A stretch of DNA of 64,000 bases. It comes from a virus. The translations under genes and the position numbers were made by a program. Shown piece after piece: positions 1 through 9,588 of the stretch (the first letter of the stretch is position 1; each line of letters begins with the position of its first letter). Location of the stretch: positions 9,322-73,321 of IMG/VR virus record IMGVR_UViG_3300028833_000146; one strand, written 5' to 3'. The notes beneath the pieces were generated by a model. The model was not told the origin of the DNA. It made no database searches and saw only the letters and a program-made list of their open reading frames with translations.

Positions 1-664
1 CGAACACGTCTTTAACCGTCTTTTCGTCTTTAGATTCTTCGTCCATGTCGTCTTCTTTGTCAGCATGTTCGACAGCTTCTTCTGTCTCTGACTGCTGTTT
101 CTTTGTCTCTCTCTTAGGTTTCTGAGGTTTCGGCTCTTCCTTAGTTTCAATTACAGGCTCTTCTTTAGCCTCTACTACAGGCTCGCCCTCGCTAGTCACA
201 GTATGCTCGATATACAGCTCTTCAACATCGTTGTAAATAATTGCAGAATCTGCAGAAATCTCTCCATGCTCTAGAACTGCATCAATATACGCCCCAGGAT
301 TTGCACCTGCTAGTACCAGGCTTACTTCACGAATTGCGCCGTGAAGGACATCACTTCCCTGCTGCTTAAGCTTATTTGCATAAATAGACAGTGCTGTAAC
401 ATCACCGTGCTGTACAAGTGCTTTAGCATTATTTCCAGCAGGAGTGTTGTTGAAAGAGCAGTATGCATAGACTCCTTCGTCGCGATTCTCAAGCAAAGCA
501 TGACCAAGAACATTCATTGGATCATTATGGTCATGATTCCACACAAGCGGAACTGTCTGACCATCATTCTGCTTAAAAGCGTCCTTACGAATTGTTCGTC
601 CATCAGAGCATCTGAGATCGTTTCTGGTCGCCCAGCCACTGAAATCAAAATTCTTTTTGCTCAT
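1..664 (-). CDS. Prohead protease (HK97 / S78-like) with acidic scaffold-like C-terminal tail; 5' part only, gene runs off window start
   Basis: ATG at 664-662 with AGGAGA RBS; hand translation MSKKNFDFSGWATRN...WNHDHNDPMNVLGH...EVSLVLAGANPGAYI matches HK97-family prohead protease signature; acidic E/K-rich tail; absent from ORF track because it has no in-window stop. Confidence 0.65.
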   Translation of the reverse strand, partial: MSKKNFDFSGWATRNDLRCSDGRTIRKDAFKQNDGQTVPLVWNHDHNDPMNVLGHALLENRDEGVYAYCSFNNTPAGNNAKALVQHGDVTALSIYANKLKQQGSDVLHGAIREVSLVLAGANPGAYIDAVLEHGEISADSAIIYNDVEELYIEHTVTSEGEPVVEAKEEPVIETKEEPKPQKPKRETKKQQSETEEAVEHADKEDDMDEESKDEKTVKDVF

Positions 665-810
665 ATAAGTGTTTTCTCCTATCGTCTATAAAACAACTAA
701 GCACTATAGATAGATCCTCCCCTCATTTTGAAATCGGGTATTATTCCTCTTATTTCGATAACAAGATTCAGAACAACCTAGCGTCTTAGTATGTTTATTA
801 AATAAAAAAA

Positions 811-2076
811 TTACGGTCCTTCTTCTCGGACCGTTTTATTTTCTGTATATGTTACTGGTGTATCGCTATTTGTTGTCGCAAATTGCTGACCATTTCCGAC
901 ATTAAGATTCTTATTTCTAAGCTCATCTGCAATAGGATTATCAACCGGCTTCATGCCAATGATCTGCCTAATCTCATTAGAAGAAGCGATCTCATTGCGG
1001 GTAAACTTATCGGCAATTTCTGCAATTTGACTTACAGGTACCATCTTAAATGGATCCTTAAAGTAAATAATCGATTGATTCTGTGATCTAGCGGTTTTTG
1101 TCAAGAACTTGCGCTTCATCTCGTCAACTATAGCAGATACGATAGGCTCTATAGTACGATTTGTATAATTAAGCATCGCCTGTTCATCTGCTGTGCCTTC
1201 GAGAATTTCTTTTGTAATACCGAGCTGGCTATACAGCATATCTGTAAGATACTCAATCTGTTTCATAAGATTGTTATCCAACGACCGATTAAGCTGCGTT
1301 ACTCTCTCGGTGCCGTCAGTATATGCTATTCCATATTTGGAATTAGCAAGCTGCATCTCAATTTCTCTTCGACGAGTTTCAGCTTGCTGTCTACGTTGCT
1401 CGTTCTTAATAATGTAAGGCAACTGAATAATAAGATCCAGCTTACCTGCTCCGCTTTGTTCATCAATAACGTCCAGTAAGTTCAATTTACGAATAAGACG
1501 TTGCATAGTAGAATTCGGTTCATTCATAATAGCATAAAGCGGATTCTCGACTATTGCCACTGTCTTCTTTGGTAAAACAACTCGCTCTTTAAGCCCAGTT
1601 GTCTCATTAAAAACCATAAGGCCAACCGAATAAGGATACCACTCGATAATCTTACCCGTTCTTAACTGCGTTATGTCATAAGATCCGGTTAATCTCGGGT
1701 TCATCGTGGTTTCCACAGGCACAATAGCCACACAACCATCATCAAACATGGACTGAACAACATCTTGCATAAATGCGCGGCCTGTTTGGTCCACGTTAGC
1801 TTCAAGTGTCAAACACGTATTAAGACCAGAATCGATAACAGAAGTGAATCTTCCATTCTCATCCAGCCTAACATGCTCAATGGTTATTGCTGCGCAATCA
1901 ATCGATATTCTGTTGTATACACTTGTTATGATCGACTTCTCGTTTCCCCTCGTAAATCTCATACGATCCGGACGATAAGAAGATACATAACCAATGTTTG
2001 TATACTGATCGGGAGGATCCCGATTCATGAAAGCATTCCAGGCATGCTTAAGCCTATTGGAAAATGTCTCGGGCAT
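811..2076 (-). CDS. Putative portal protein
   Basis: 421 aa; GGGAGG RBS; sits between terminase and prohead protease in the canonical TerL-portal-protease order. Confidence 0.5.
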   Translation of the reverse strand: MPETFSNRLKHAWNAFMNRDPPDQYTNIGYVSSYRPDRMRFTRGNEKSIITSVYNRISIDCAAITIEHVRLDENGRFTSVIDSGLNTCLTLEANVDQTGRAFMQDVVQSMFDDGCVAIVPVETTMNPRLTGSYDITQLRTGKIIEWYPYSVGLMVFNETTGLKERVVLPKKTVAIVENPLYAIMNEPNSTMQRLIRKLNLLDVIDEQSGAGKLDLIIQLPYIIKNEQRRQQAETRRREIEMQLANSKYGIAYTDGTERVTQLNRSLDNNLMKQIEYLTDMLYSQLGITKEILEGTADEQAMLNYTNRTIEPIVSAIVDEMKRKFLTKTARSQNQSIIYFKDPFKMVPVSQIAEIADKFTRNEIASSNEIRQIIGMKPVDNPIADELRNKNLNVGNGQQFATTNSDTPVTYTENKTVREEGP

Positions 2077-2158
2077 AGGTTACCTCCCTGGAAATATTAA
2101 TTATTTCTTACGTTTCTGATTTGATTGACTACTTTGAGAAGCTTTTTCGTTTTCCATC

Positions 2159-2647
2159 CTAATCGTTATATTTATATGGATCGTATATAGTATTTACTGC
2201 TTTAGCACTCAGCGCGTTCATACTATAATTAAATGAACTAAATGAAGCATCCGCAAACTGTTTGCCTCGAGAAATCTGCTTCTGGCTCAACGAAGAAGCA
2301 AGATTATCACCATATCTACGTTCCATTTTGTTATAAAACTTATTTGCCTTATTAATTGCTCTGGTGAGTTTGGTATTCGCTTTATTAAGCTTACTTGCAG
2401 ACTTTGAAACTTTCTCTTCCGATCTAAAGAATGTTTTACTATTCTCCTTCGAAAACTTATATGCACGCTTCGCCTGTTTCTCTTGCCGTCTTATTACTTT
2501 ATCCTGGAGTCTATCCAGCTTGGACGAATCTTTATTTATTCGAGCTTTTCCTGCTTCAGTCAAAGTACCGTCTTCATTCTGATAGCGTCTTACTCCCCAT
2601 TTCTGGCCGAGAATGCCATGATGAGATAGTTCATTACTGTATTCCAT
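2159..2647 (-). CDS. GILGQKWGVRR-motif family protein 1 (K-rich C-terminus)
   Basis: ATG at 2647 (track TTG at 2668 is less likely); N-terminal motif HHGILGQKWGVRRYQNEDGTLTEAGKARI. Confidence 0.6.
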   Translation of the reverse strand: MEYSNELSHHGILGQKWGVRRYQNEDGTLTEAGKARINKDSSKLDRLQDKVIRRQEKQAKRAYKFSKENSKTFFRSEEKVSKSASKLNKANTKLTRAINKANKFYNKMERRYGDNLASSLSQKQISRGKQFADASFSSFNYSMNALSAKAVNTIYDPYKYND

Positions 2648-2670
2648 AGTCCATTCCCCTGTTGTCAATT

Positions 2671-3336
2671 CTATCGTACATTCGCAAGCTCTTCTTTATA
2701 ATATTTATTGTACAGTCTCTTTGCTTCCGTATTCCCATCTTTTGGAGTAAATATCGCTGTCATTGGAAGATGCATAGCAGCAGTCATGCCAACTGAAAGC
2801 GCAGTCATTGCTCCAGCAGCAACCCAATCGCTAATCTTGGTGGTTTTTTCAAACACCATTTTAACGTTATCTTGACCTAGTTTATTAGCTGCAGATTTAG
2901 ACAATTTCAGATCTTTGAAAGAAATATCTTTCACTTTTTCTTGTCCATACTTTTCTATAAGATTTGCGCAATGTTTCTTAACTTCCGCTTCTTTTTCTTT
3001 GTAATCTTTAGCTAATCGCATTGCTGTCGTTTGAGCAGCCGTAGCCTTTTCATATGCTCGTTGTGTACTTCGCTTTTTTGCATCTGGATCTTTTTCAAAC
3101 TTTTTCGAAGCCTTATCCTCAAGTTTCGCTGCTCGGTTCATAGCTCCGACAGTTGCTATACCATATATAGTAGCTTCTCTTCCTTTATTGTACGCATCTT
3201 TATTATCAGATTTCAGTTCTTTGTAATAACGTTTACGGCCATCTGCCGTCAATGTACCATCAGCATTCTGAAACCGTCTTACGCCCCATTTCTGACCGAG
3301 GACGCCATAATGATATAGTTCGTTATTATAATCCAT
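2671..3336 (-). CDS. GILGQKWGVRR-motif family protein 2 (K-rich)
   Basis: N-terminal motif HYGVLGQKWGVRRFQNADGTLTADGRKRY; lysine-rich coiled-coil-like remainder. Confidence 0.6.
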   Translation of the reverse strand: MDYNNELYHYGVLGQKWGVRRFQNADGTLTADGRKRYYKELKSDNKDAYNKGREATIYGIATVGAMNRAAKLEDKASKKFEKDPDAKKRSTQRAYEKATAAQTTAMRLAKDYKEKEAEVKKHCANLIEKYGQEKVKDISFKDLKLSKSAANKLGQDNVKMVFEKTTKISDWVAAGAMTALSVGMTAAMHLPMTAIFTPKDGNTEAKRLYNKYYKEELANVR

Positions 3337-3354
3337 AGTTTATCTGTCCTCTGA

Positions 3355-4056
3355 TCATCTAAATTTTTTTGTGACTTCGCGAATTTCTTCTTGGCTCACC
3401 CCGTTAAGGGACATATCAGTTACCTGATTTGACAATCTTCCTAGTTGTTTCTGTTTACTATCGCTAGACTTCTGAGATGCTTTATGACGATTATAAGCAT
3501 AGAGGCCTGCTCCAACTGCTACAGCACCCAAAGCAACGGCTCCTCCTAATCCTGCCATACCGCTTGAATACAGACTCTTTGCTAGTGTCGCTCCAAACTG
3601 TGAATTCATCAAGTTCCCAACTGCTGCTTTCGCAGATTCACTAATTGTAGAACCGGCTAAATTCTGTCCAAGAACTTTCTGAATTTGAGAACTCGCGTAG
3701 CTCAACGGATTATTAGCCAATTTATCTGCACCGTATTTTTCTAAAAATTTAGTAGCAACAGTCCTATACTTATCATTGCCAACTGCTTTGATGTAATTCA
3801 AATAAGAAAGGTCCCGAGCTTCTGCTAAGGTTCCAAGACTTTTAATCCCTAAGGCTGCAGCAGCAGTTCCTGTAGTTGTTGCGGCTAATCCACCAAGCTG
3901 TGCTTTAGAGTCCATCTTCTCTTCAAAATTTTCTTTATTCCCATAACGTTTTCTGCCGGCTTCAGTCAAAGTACCGTCTTCATTCTGATAGCGTCTTACT
4001 CCCCATTTCTGGCCAAGAATGCCGTGATGGCACAAGTAATCATAGTCGTAGTCCAT
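3355..4056 (-). CDS. GILGQKWGVRR-motif family protein 3 (Gly/Ala-rich, membrane-like C-terminus)
   Basis: AAGGAG RBS; N-terminal motif HHGILGQKWGVRRYQNEDGTLTEAGRKRY; C-terminal glycine-zipper-like hydrophobic stretch. Confidence 0.6.
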   Translation of the reverse strand: MDYDYDYLCHHGILGQKWGVRRYQNEDGTLTEAGRKRYGNKENFEEKMDSKAQLGGLAATTTGTAAAALGIKSLGTLAEARDLSYLNYIKAVGNDKYRTVATKFLEKYGADKLANNPLSYASSQIQKVLGQNLAGSTISESAKAAVGNLMNSQFGATLAKSLYSSGMAGLGGAVALGAVAVGAGLYAYNRHKASQKSSDSKQKQLGRLSNQVTDMSLNGVSQEEIREVTKKFR

Positions 4057-4074
4057 GTTGCATCATCTCCTTAA

Positions 4075-4557
4075 TTAGTCTTTATAAGCAATGTTCTTCT
4101 TTGTATATGCAACACGTCCGCTTGCATATACGCCATTCTTCACTTTACGCATATCATAGCCTTTATCTGCTATTCCAGGGGTGATACCCATCGATCCACG
4201 GTTTGCAACATACCTAATTACTCGTCCAGATGGTACCTCAATATCCCCGATTTTCTTATTAAATAGATCGGCTAATTTTCTATTATAGGCGTTCATGTAC
4301 GAAGAACTGATCTTGCCATCCTTGTTGTACTTTCTAATATTAGGCGTGACCTCAGTACGGAGATAGTTGTTCAGCTCTTTCTTAACCGACTTGTACACTC
4401 TCTTATGAATTCGCTTGTCTATTTTAGAAGCGAGCTTCAACTCTTTTTTATCAAGACGTTTCTGCCCAGCAGGGGTAAGTGTTCCATCGTAATTCTGATA
4501 GCGTCTTATGCCCCATTTCTGTCCGAGGATGCCGTGATGAACTAAATAATCCCCCAT
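4075..4557 (-). CDS. GILGQKWGVRR-motif family protein 4 (basic)
   Basis: AAGGAGA RBS; N-terminal motif HHGILGQKWGIRRYQNYDGTLTPAGQKRL. Confidence 0.6.
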   Translation of the reverse strand: MGDYLVHHGILGQKWGIRRYQNYDGTLTPAGQKRLDKKELKLASKIDKRIHKRVYKSVKKELNNYLRTEVTPNIRKYNKDGKISSSYMNAYNRKLADLFNKKIGDIEVPSGRVIRYVANRGSMGITPGIADKGYDMRKVKNGVYASGRVAYTKKNIAYKD

Positions 4558-4571
4558 TTTGATTATTCTCC

Positions 4572-4600
4572 TTGCTTACAATGTTTATTAGATGTATAAT
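4572..4600 (+). promoter_or_regulatory. Sigma-A/sigma-70-type promoter TTGCTT-N17-TGTATAAT for the plus-strand lipoprotein gene
   Basis: -35 TTGCTT at 4572-4577, 17-nt spacer ending in TG, -10 TATAAT at 4595-4600, GGAGG RBS at 4619-4623. Confidence 0.5.
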
Positions 4601-4631
4601 TAGACAACAATACTAAATGGAGGCGAAACTT

Positions 4632-5063
4632 ATGAAACAACTTGTTAGTCTAATTCTTGCACTAGTTTTATGCTTTTCTTTAGCATGCTGTTCTTACGCG
4701 GAGTCCGAATTCAATCTAGACAACATGAGCATTGATGAGCTGCTCGAACTTAACACTGCCGTCAAATCCAAAATCGCAGAAAAATTAAAAGACATCGATC
4801 AGCCATATAAAATTATTCCTGCTGGGCGATACAACGCAGCAATCGACATAGTTGTCGGCTCATATGAAATAAGCCCAGTAGAAGAAACATGTGACTGGCA
4901 ATGTGCCATTCGAGATGATACCAATCCGCAAGGCTGGCGATTCTATGGCGAAAAGATCATAGAACCCGGTTCATATCTGAGAATTCCAGTAGAAGAAAAC
5001 TCATGTTTTAATATTACAACGGCATGCTACATTCGCAAATCCGAAGTAATAAACTTCGATTAA
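4632..5063 (+). CDS. Lipoprotein (moron; possible superinfection-exclusion/host-interaction protein)
   Basis: MKQLVSLILALVLCFSLAC|C lipobox signal peptide; ATG 4632 eight nt after GGAGG; the only plus-strand gene in the structural region; its stop codon overlaps the terL stop tail-to-tail. Confidence 0.7.
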   Translation: MKQLVSLILALVLCFSLACCSYAESEFNLDNMSIDELLELNTAVKSKIAEKLKDIDQPYKIIPAGRYNAAIDIVVGSYEISPVEETCDWQCAIRDDTNPQGWRFYGEKIIEPGSYLRIPVEENSCFNITTACYIRKSEVINFD

Positions 5064-6811
5064 TCGAACGCGTCTTTGTTAAGCTTGTATGCTATAAACG
5101 CATCCATCATAGCAGCGACATTATCGATCTTCTGCTCATGACGTTTCTTCCATAGCTTACGGTTTCCGTTCGTGTCTTCCAGAGTAATAGCATTACCCAT
5201 CGCAAATGACATAAGCTCTTCATCAAATATTAAGAGTCGGTCCTCTGCAAGCTTCTTAAGCTCACCAAGAGGTACCGACTCTGTTTTTGCACCCTGTATT
5301 ACTTTCTCTATTCCAAATGGTCCGTTCTCTGTTTCCCAACGTTCTACAAACGCCCTGGCATTATATGGGTCGAATCCAAAGCATCTAACGTCATACTGCA
5401 TCTCGTTTATATGATTGTCGAGGTCATCGTAAACTTCTGTAAGATCGAGTAACGACCCTTCCAGTACTATTAAACTGCCTTCTCTCATAAATTCTTCGTA
5501 CTTAAGCCGCATAGCAAGCGGCAGCTTACTAAACGTAAACGAAGAAATGTAGCTTCTGGTCTTAATACCGAATCTACCTCCGCCAAGAGGGAACATAAAT
5601 GTAAAGGCACAAAAATCGTCACCCTGTGAAAGATCAGCGCCCATAGCACACGGCATATTCCAATAACTCTGTCTTTTGTGAGGAATAGTTTCCTCATAGG
5701 TAAAGAAGTAAGTGTAGCCCTCCATAGGGATACCAAACCGCTTGGCAAGAATGTCGTTTCGTGCTGCGGGAACTTTCTCAGCTCTTTCTACATCCAACTG
5801 ATAAGTTTCGTAGCTTACTGTCTTTCCTATATTAGGATTAGCTTTAATCCACATTGCAGGATCTGCTACTTCGTCCACACTATCAAGCTTGTAATACCAA
5901 ATCGAAATGTGAGGATTAACATAGTCGCCTTTTAAGATGTCCATTAGTTCCATCTTAATAGTATCGCCACTACCATTTCGAACTGTACCCTCAGAACTCA
6001 TGGCTACTATAAGATAGTCGTCTACACCGCCCTTAGCTGCGCCTTGCTCAATTGCACCGATAGGATCTTCTCTAAGATCTCCGCTCAGCCATTCGTCAAC
6101 CGTAGCGCATTTTACTCGAAGGCCTTGCAACTTATTAATGCTCATAGGTCTTATTTCGAGGAGAGATCCGGTCAGAAAGTTCTCAATACCTTTCTTTGTA
6201 CTGGCTAGTTTTACTCGAGCAGCCTTTGAGCCAGTCGTGTTCTGCAAACTGCCCTCAGTTAAAAACTTAAATAAAGGCCCCCTTGATCTTACAATCGAAG
6301 TTCTTATTGGTGACAGTATTTCTTCAGCCTGTTTCATAGTAGGAGCGGTTGTAATTTGGTGAGTAGTAGCAGTGTCTATATTAAGAAAGTAATTTTGTAT
6401 GCAAGAACCGTACATGCTCTTCGCAGCACCTCGAGCAACTATAAGATACTGTTTATTTACGAGTCTCTTTTTTATGCGCCTTGTAACATAACGGCCACCA
6501 TGACCCTCGGTATAAGGCTCATATACAGTTCTTTCTACAAAATAGTACCAGCCAAATATCTGCTCAGCCCAGAGCTTAAATGTATCAAGTAGAACGAGGT
6601 CTGATCCGTCGGTCAAAGTAAGCTCATTCTCGCAATACTCAATAAATCCAGAAATAGCCTGATCATCGTAGTATACTCCAGGATTCGCTATAAGAGCATC
6701 AATACGATTCATCTCCATCGATATCTCTCTGCAAACTGGAATCTCACCACGAATCACAGCGTCTCTAAATTTACCGTAGTAAAGTGGCGTTGCAGTGTTC
6801 GAAAGTGACAT
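5060..6811 (-). CDS. terL: Terminase large subunit
   Basis: 583 aa; Walker-A-like LIVARGAAKS in N-terminal ATPase; C-terminal nuclease-like region (FGFDPYNARAF); Terminase_1-like organisation. Confidence 0.85.
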   Translation of the reverse strand: MSLSNTATPLYYGKFRDAVIRGEIPVCREISMEMNRIDALIANPGVYYDDQAISGFIEYCENELTLTDGSDLVLLDTFKLWAEQIFGWYYFVERTVYEPYTEGHGGRYVTRRIKKRLVNKQYLIVARGAAKSMYGSCIQNYFLNIDTATTHQITTAPTMKQAEEILSPIRTSIVRSRGPLFKFLTEGSLQNTTGSKAARVKLASTKKGIENFLTGSLLEIRPMSINKLQGLRVKCATVDEWLSGDLREDPIGAIEQGAAKGGVDDYLIVAMSSEGTVRNGSGDTIKMELMDILKGDYVNPHISIWYYKLDSVDEVADPAMWIKANPNIGKTVSYETYQLDVERAEKVPAARNDILAKRFGIPMEGYTYFFTYEETIPHKRQSYWNMPCAMGADLSQGDDFCAFTFMFPLGGGRFGIKTRSYISSFTFSKLPLAMRLKYEEFMREGSLIVLEGSLLDLTEVYDDLDNHINEMQYDVRCFGFDPYNARAFVERWETENGPFGIEKVIQGAKTESVPLGELKKLAEDRLLIFDEELMSFAMGNAITLEDTNGNRKLWKKRHEQKIDNVAAMMDAFIAYKLNKDAFD

Positions 6812-6814
6812 TGT

Positions 6815-7423
6815 TTATTGCTTTTGGCCTTTCTTCTTAAATAATCCCTTTTTAGATTCGTTCTTACCATTATCTCTAGCTTTTTCAAGCTTATCCTGCT
6901 TCTGCTGCTTGTCATTGGAATTGTTATTACCAATTTTGAAAGCTTTATTCAGTTCGTTGCTCATAACATCTTCAAAGTCTTTACCTGAAAATGCAGAGAT
7001 AGCAAAGGACTTACCTGCTGCCACAAGAGTAGGTTTCAGAACATCATGGACAAGCGCATTTTTAATTGGACCAGACGCTTTTTTACCTTTTTCTTGGTAA
7101 TTCTTTACAAAGTTCTGTTCCATCTGGGCTCTATTATTTAAATCTTTAAGCTCCTGATCCGTAAGAAGGCTAGGCTTCATTTTAGCAAGCTTAGCTCGTT
7201 GCTTAGCTTCATTTTTTCTTTTAGCCATAGCTTCTTTCTCAGACTGCTTTTGAGCTACTTTTAGCTCTCGTTTTTCTTTTGCCTGCTGCTGTTTTGCATA
7301 ACGTATTTTCCCAGCTTCAGTGAGACTTCCGTCTTCATTCTGAAAACGTCTTATACCCCACTTCATACCAAGAATCCCGCTATGCTGCAAATCGCCATCG
7401 GAACGTATGACCCTATATTCCAT
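6815..7423 (-). CDS. GILGQKWGVRR-motif family protein 5 (K/Q-rich coiled coil)
   Basis: Motif HSGILGMKWGIRRFQNEDGSLTEAGKIRY at aa 14-42; immediately upstream of terL. Confidence 0.6.
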   Translation of the reverse strand: MEYRVIRSDGDLQHSGILGMKWGIRRFQNEDGSLTEAGKIRYAKQQQAKEKRELKVAQKQSEKEAMAKRKNEAKQRAKLAKMKPSLLTDQELKDLNNRAQMEQNFVKNYQEKGKKASGPIKNALVHDVLKPTLVAAGKSFAISAFSGKDFEDVMSNELNKAFKIGNNNSNDKQQKQDKLEKARDNGKNESKKGLFKKKGQKQ

Positions 7424-7438
7424 TTTGTTTACCTGCCA

Positions 7439-7945
7439 TCAACATTTATCGTCTGCCATATAAAACAATAGACTTTCTCCATCAGTCTTATATGTCACGT
7501 TAAGATCACTGTCATCGTAATCACATTTTTTAGAAGATTTATTATGACTCTTCCTACTGCAAGATGACCTAGAATTAGAATAATCATCGTACTCGTCCGG
7601 ATCAAAGTTTTTACTACTTTCTGCACTATACAATCGCCATTCTAACTCTTTAATGTTTTCATTAATTGCATTGGCGTGTGCTGAACTCTGTGGTGGATCA
7701 AACATCATGCGCACTTTAAGGGCAATGTAGGTCTTTACGGCTTGTATATCTGTTTTATCATCGAAGAAATCCGACCATCTAGCCGAGGCATCTTCGATCA
7801 TCATAGGAGTATCCGGACCAACTCCCATCTGATGCAGAATCATCAGAACTGAATTAATGTCCATAAGAATATCTGCATCGAAGTACTCGTAATCTTCAGA
7901 TATACCGAGCAATTTCTTTACCGATATTAGAATTGATTCGGACAT
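7439..7945 (-). CDS. Hypothetical protein (acidic C-terminus); function unknown
   Basis: ATG 7945 preceded by GGAGGTGCTC RBS (track GTG at 7951 is less likely). Confidence 0.5.
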   Translation of the reverse strand: MSESILISVKKLLGISEDYEYFDADILMDINSVLMILHQMGVGPDTPMMIEDASARWSDFFDDKTDIQAVKTYIALKVRMMFDPPQSSAHANAINENIKELEWRLYSAESSKNFDPDEYDDYSNSRSSCSRKSHNKSSKKCDYDDSDLNVTYKTDGESLLFYMADDKC

Positions 7946-7962
7946 GAGCACCTCCTAATTGT

Positions 7963-8829
7963 TTATTTATTCTTGGAACGTTCGTAGTTACGCCTGTCCC
8001 AATCATCCATAACTTGATTGTAAAGTTCAAAGCTACGTACACCAGTTTTGGCTTCATTATCTAGCACTTTGTTATACCATTGCTCTCCCTTATCTACAAG
8101 GGCCTTAGTTTTTGGATCTTTTTTTGCATAGTTTTCCCATACATTTAAATCCATGTCCAACGAACCTTTTGAATCTTCAACCCAACGTTTGACGAAATCC
8201 TCTCTGGTTTCATCACCAGCCAGTCCTTCTTTTACACGCCGATCGTACCGTTCGTTAGCTGTTTCAGAAGCATACTTATTATATAGTTTTTCGTCACGGT
8301 GCAATTGTTCATATCTTTTATTAATTTCATCTTCAAGATCGAGTCGCTTTTCATAGTCGTACTTTTTCTTTTGCTCTTCTGATAAAAGACCATACTTGTT
8401 CGGGTTAGTCTTTTTATCATATTGTCTTAAAGCTCGCTCATCTATGCCTTTTTTATTACCTGAATTATACCGTTTCTCTCCAGCAGGAGTGAGAGAACCA
8501 TCTGGATTCTGATACCTACGAACTCCCCACTTCATTCCGAGGATACCATGATGAGCAAGTTCATTAGAAGGAATGTATTTAGAGAATCTATTTACATCAC
8601 CAACAGAAATATCGCTGAAGCTTAGTCCATACTCTTTCATACGTTTAATAATAGCAGAGGCAAGTTCCTTTTCATGTTTCGGATCTACATAATTAAAAAA
8701 CTTAATAGCTGATCGAACATGGTCTGCATCAGGCATTGGAAACTTCTTCTGGCTAGGAACACCATACTTTCTGTCCTGTTCATCCAAAGAACCAATTTTA
8801 ACTGCTCTGTGTATCATATACTGATTCAT
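7963..8829 (-). CDS. GILGQKWGVRR-motif family protein 6 with ~90-aa N-terminal extension
   Basis: Start ATG 8829 with AAGGAGAAAG RBS and ATGA overlap with the HNH gene stop (track start 8865 would translate the RBS); motif HHGILGMKWGVRRYQNPDGSLTPAGEKRY is internal. Confidence 0.55.
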   Translation of the reverse strand: MNQYMIHRAVKIGSLDEQDRKYGVPSQKKFPMPDADHVRSAIKFFNYVDPKHEKELASAIIKRMKEYGLSFSDISVGDVNRFSKYIPSNELAHHGILGMKWGVRRYQNPDGSLTPAGEKRYNSGNKKGIDERALRQYDKKTNPNKYGLLSEEQKKKYDYEKRLDLEDEINKRYEQLHRDEKLYNKYASETANERYDRRVKEGLAGDETREDFVKRWVEDSKGSLDMDLNVWENYAKKDPKTKALVDKGEQWYNKVLDNEAKTGVRSFELYNQVMDDWDRRNYERSKNK

Positions 8830-9260
8830 ATTACTCTTTCTCCTTTGCCTTGTTTCCATGGGCATGTATCATTTTTCTTTCTCTCTATAGGATCTTGTGG
8901 TAGCAAGTCAAAGCTGCCATAGTGAATAGCATTGTGTGTTCTATCCCCAACACAGATTAAGAACTCTGGATTCAATAAAATTTCGCGCTGGTAAATAATG
9001 TCATCTGAATCTACAGGATTCATATGATGCACTATAATTCGGCCAGCTATAGGATAGTTTGCTAATCCAAATTCGCAGCCATTATCGCGGACTATAACGC
9101 TATTTCGAACTCGCTTCCAAATTTCTGTATGATAAAAAGTTTGGTTCAAATATCTCTCGAATCCAAACGTCTCCTGACCAACAAGACCTCCGAGTTTCAG
9201 ATAGTTAAATCTTTCTACTAGAGAAGGAAGCTGAATCAGTTCACTGTAAGTCTTCATCAT
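8826..9260 (-). CDS. HNH endonuclease (packaging-associated)
   Basis: IIVHHMNPV...DRTHNAIH HNH motif; typical position next to the terminase genes. Confidence 0.75.
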   Translation of the reverse strand: MMKTYSELIQLPSLVERFNYLKLGGLVGQETFGFERYLNQTFYHTEIWKRVRNSVIVRDNGCEFGLANYPIAGRIIVHHMNPVDSDDIIYQREILLNPEFLICVGDRTHNAIHYGSFDLLPQDPIERKKNDTCPWKQGKGERVI

Positions 9261-9588
9261 TCTCCTGGGTACTCTGGCCGCTGTAACCTCTAAATGCCTT
9301 CATAGCATCAGCGTATAGTTCTTCGATATGCTTAGCAGATTTAAGTGCTTCGGTCTTTGCATCTAGCAACTGTGCCTGCTTAGCCATTATTTCTTTTTCT
9401 AACTTCTCTTTGGTCGAACCAAGCTTTAGATAATGCGTTATTACTTGTGAAGATGCCGTTCCATCTCTTAATTGCTGCTCCGCCAAATCAACAGCCAGTG
9501 CTATAAGTTGATTCTCTCGCGCTTCGGGAGTACCTGCAGGAGGACTTGGTAGAGTCGATTTTAACGGCTCTTTTCTAGTTTTTCCCAT
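9241..9588 (-). CDS. Hypothetical helical protein; possible terminase small subunit
   Basis: AAGGAGG RBS; 115 aa helical protein directly upstream of HNH and terL; no motif recognised. Confidence 0.35.
   Translation of the reverse strand: MGKTRKEPLKSTLPSPPAGTPEARENQLIALAVDLAEQQLRDGTASSQVITHYLKLGSTKEKLEKEIMAKQAQLLDAKTEALKSAKHIEELYADAMKAFRGYSGQSTQENDEDLQ

Noticed and set aside
341-691. Plus-strand ORF (116 aa) and minus ORF 322..513
   Set aside because: They overlap the in-frame prohead protease gene on the minus strand, and the protease reading frame carries clear HK97-protease motifs.
9241-9588. Firm assignment as terminase small subunit
   Set aside because: Position upstream of HNH and terL is suggestive but no HTH or family motif was recognised; left as hypothetical.
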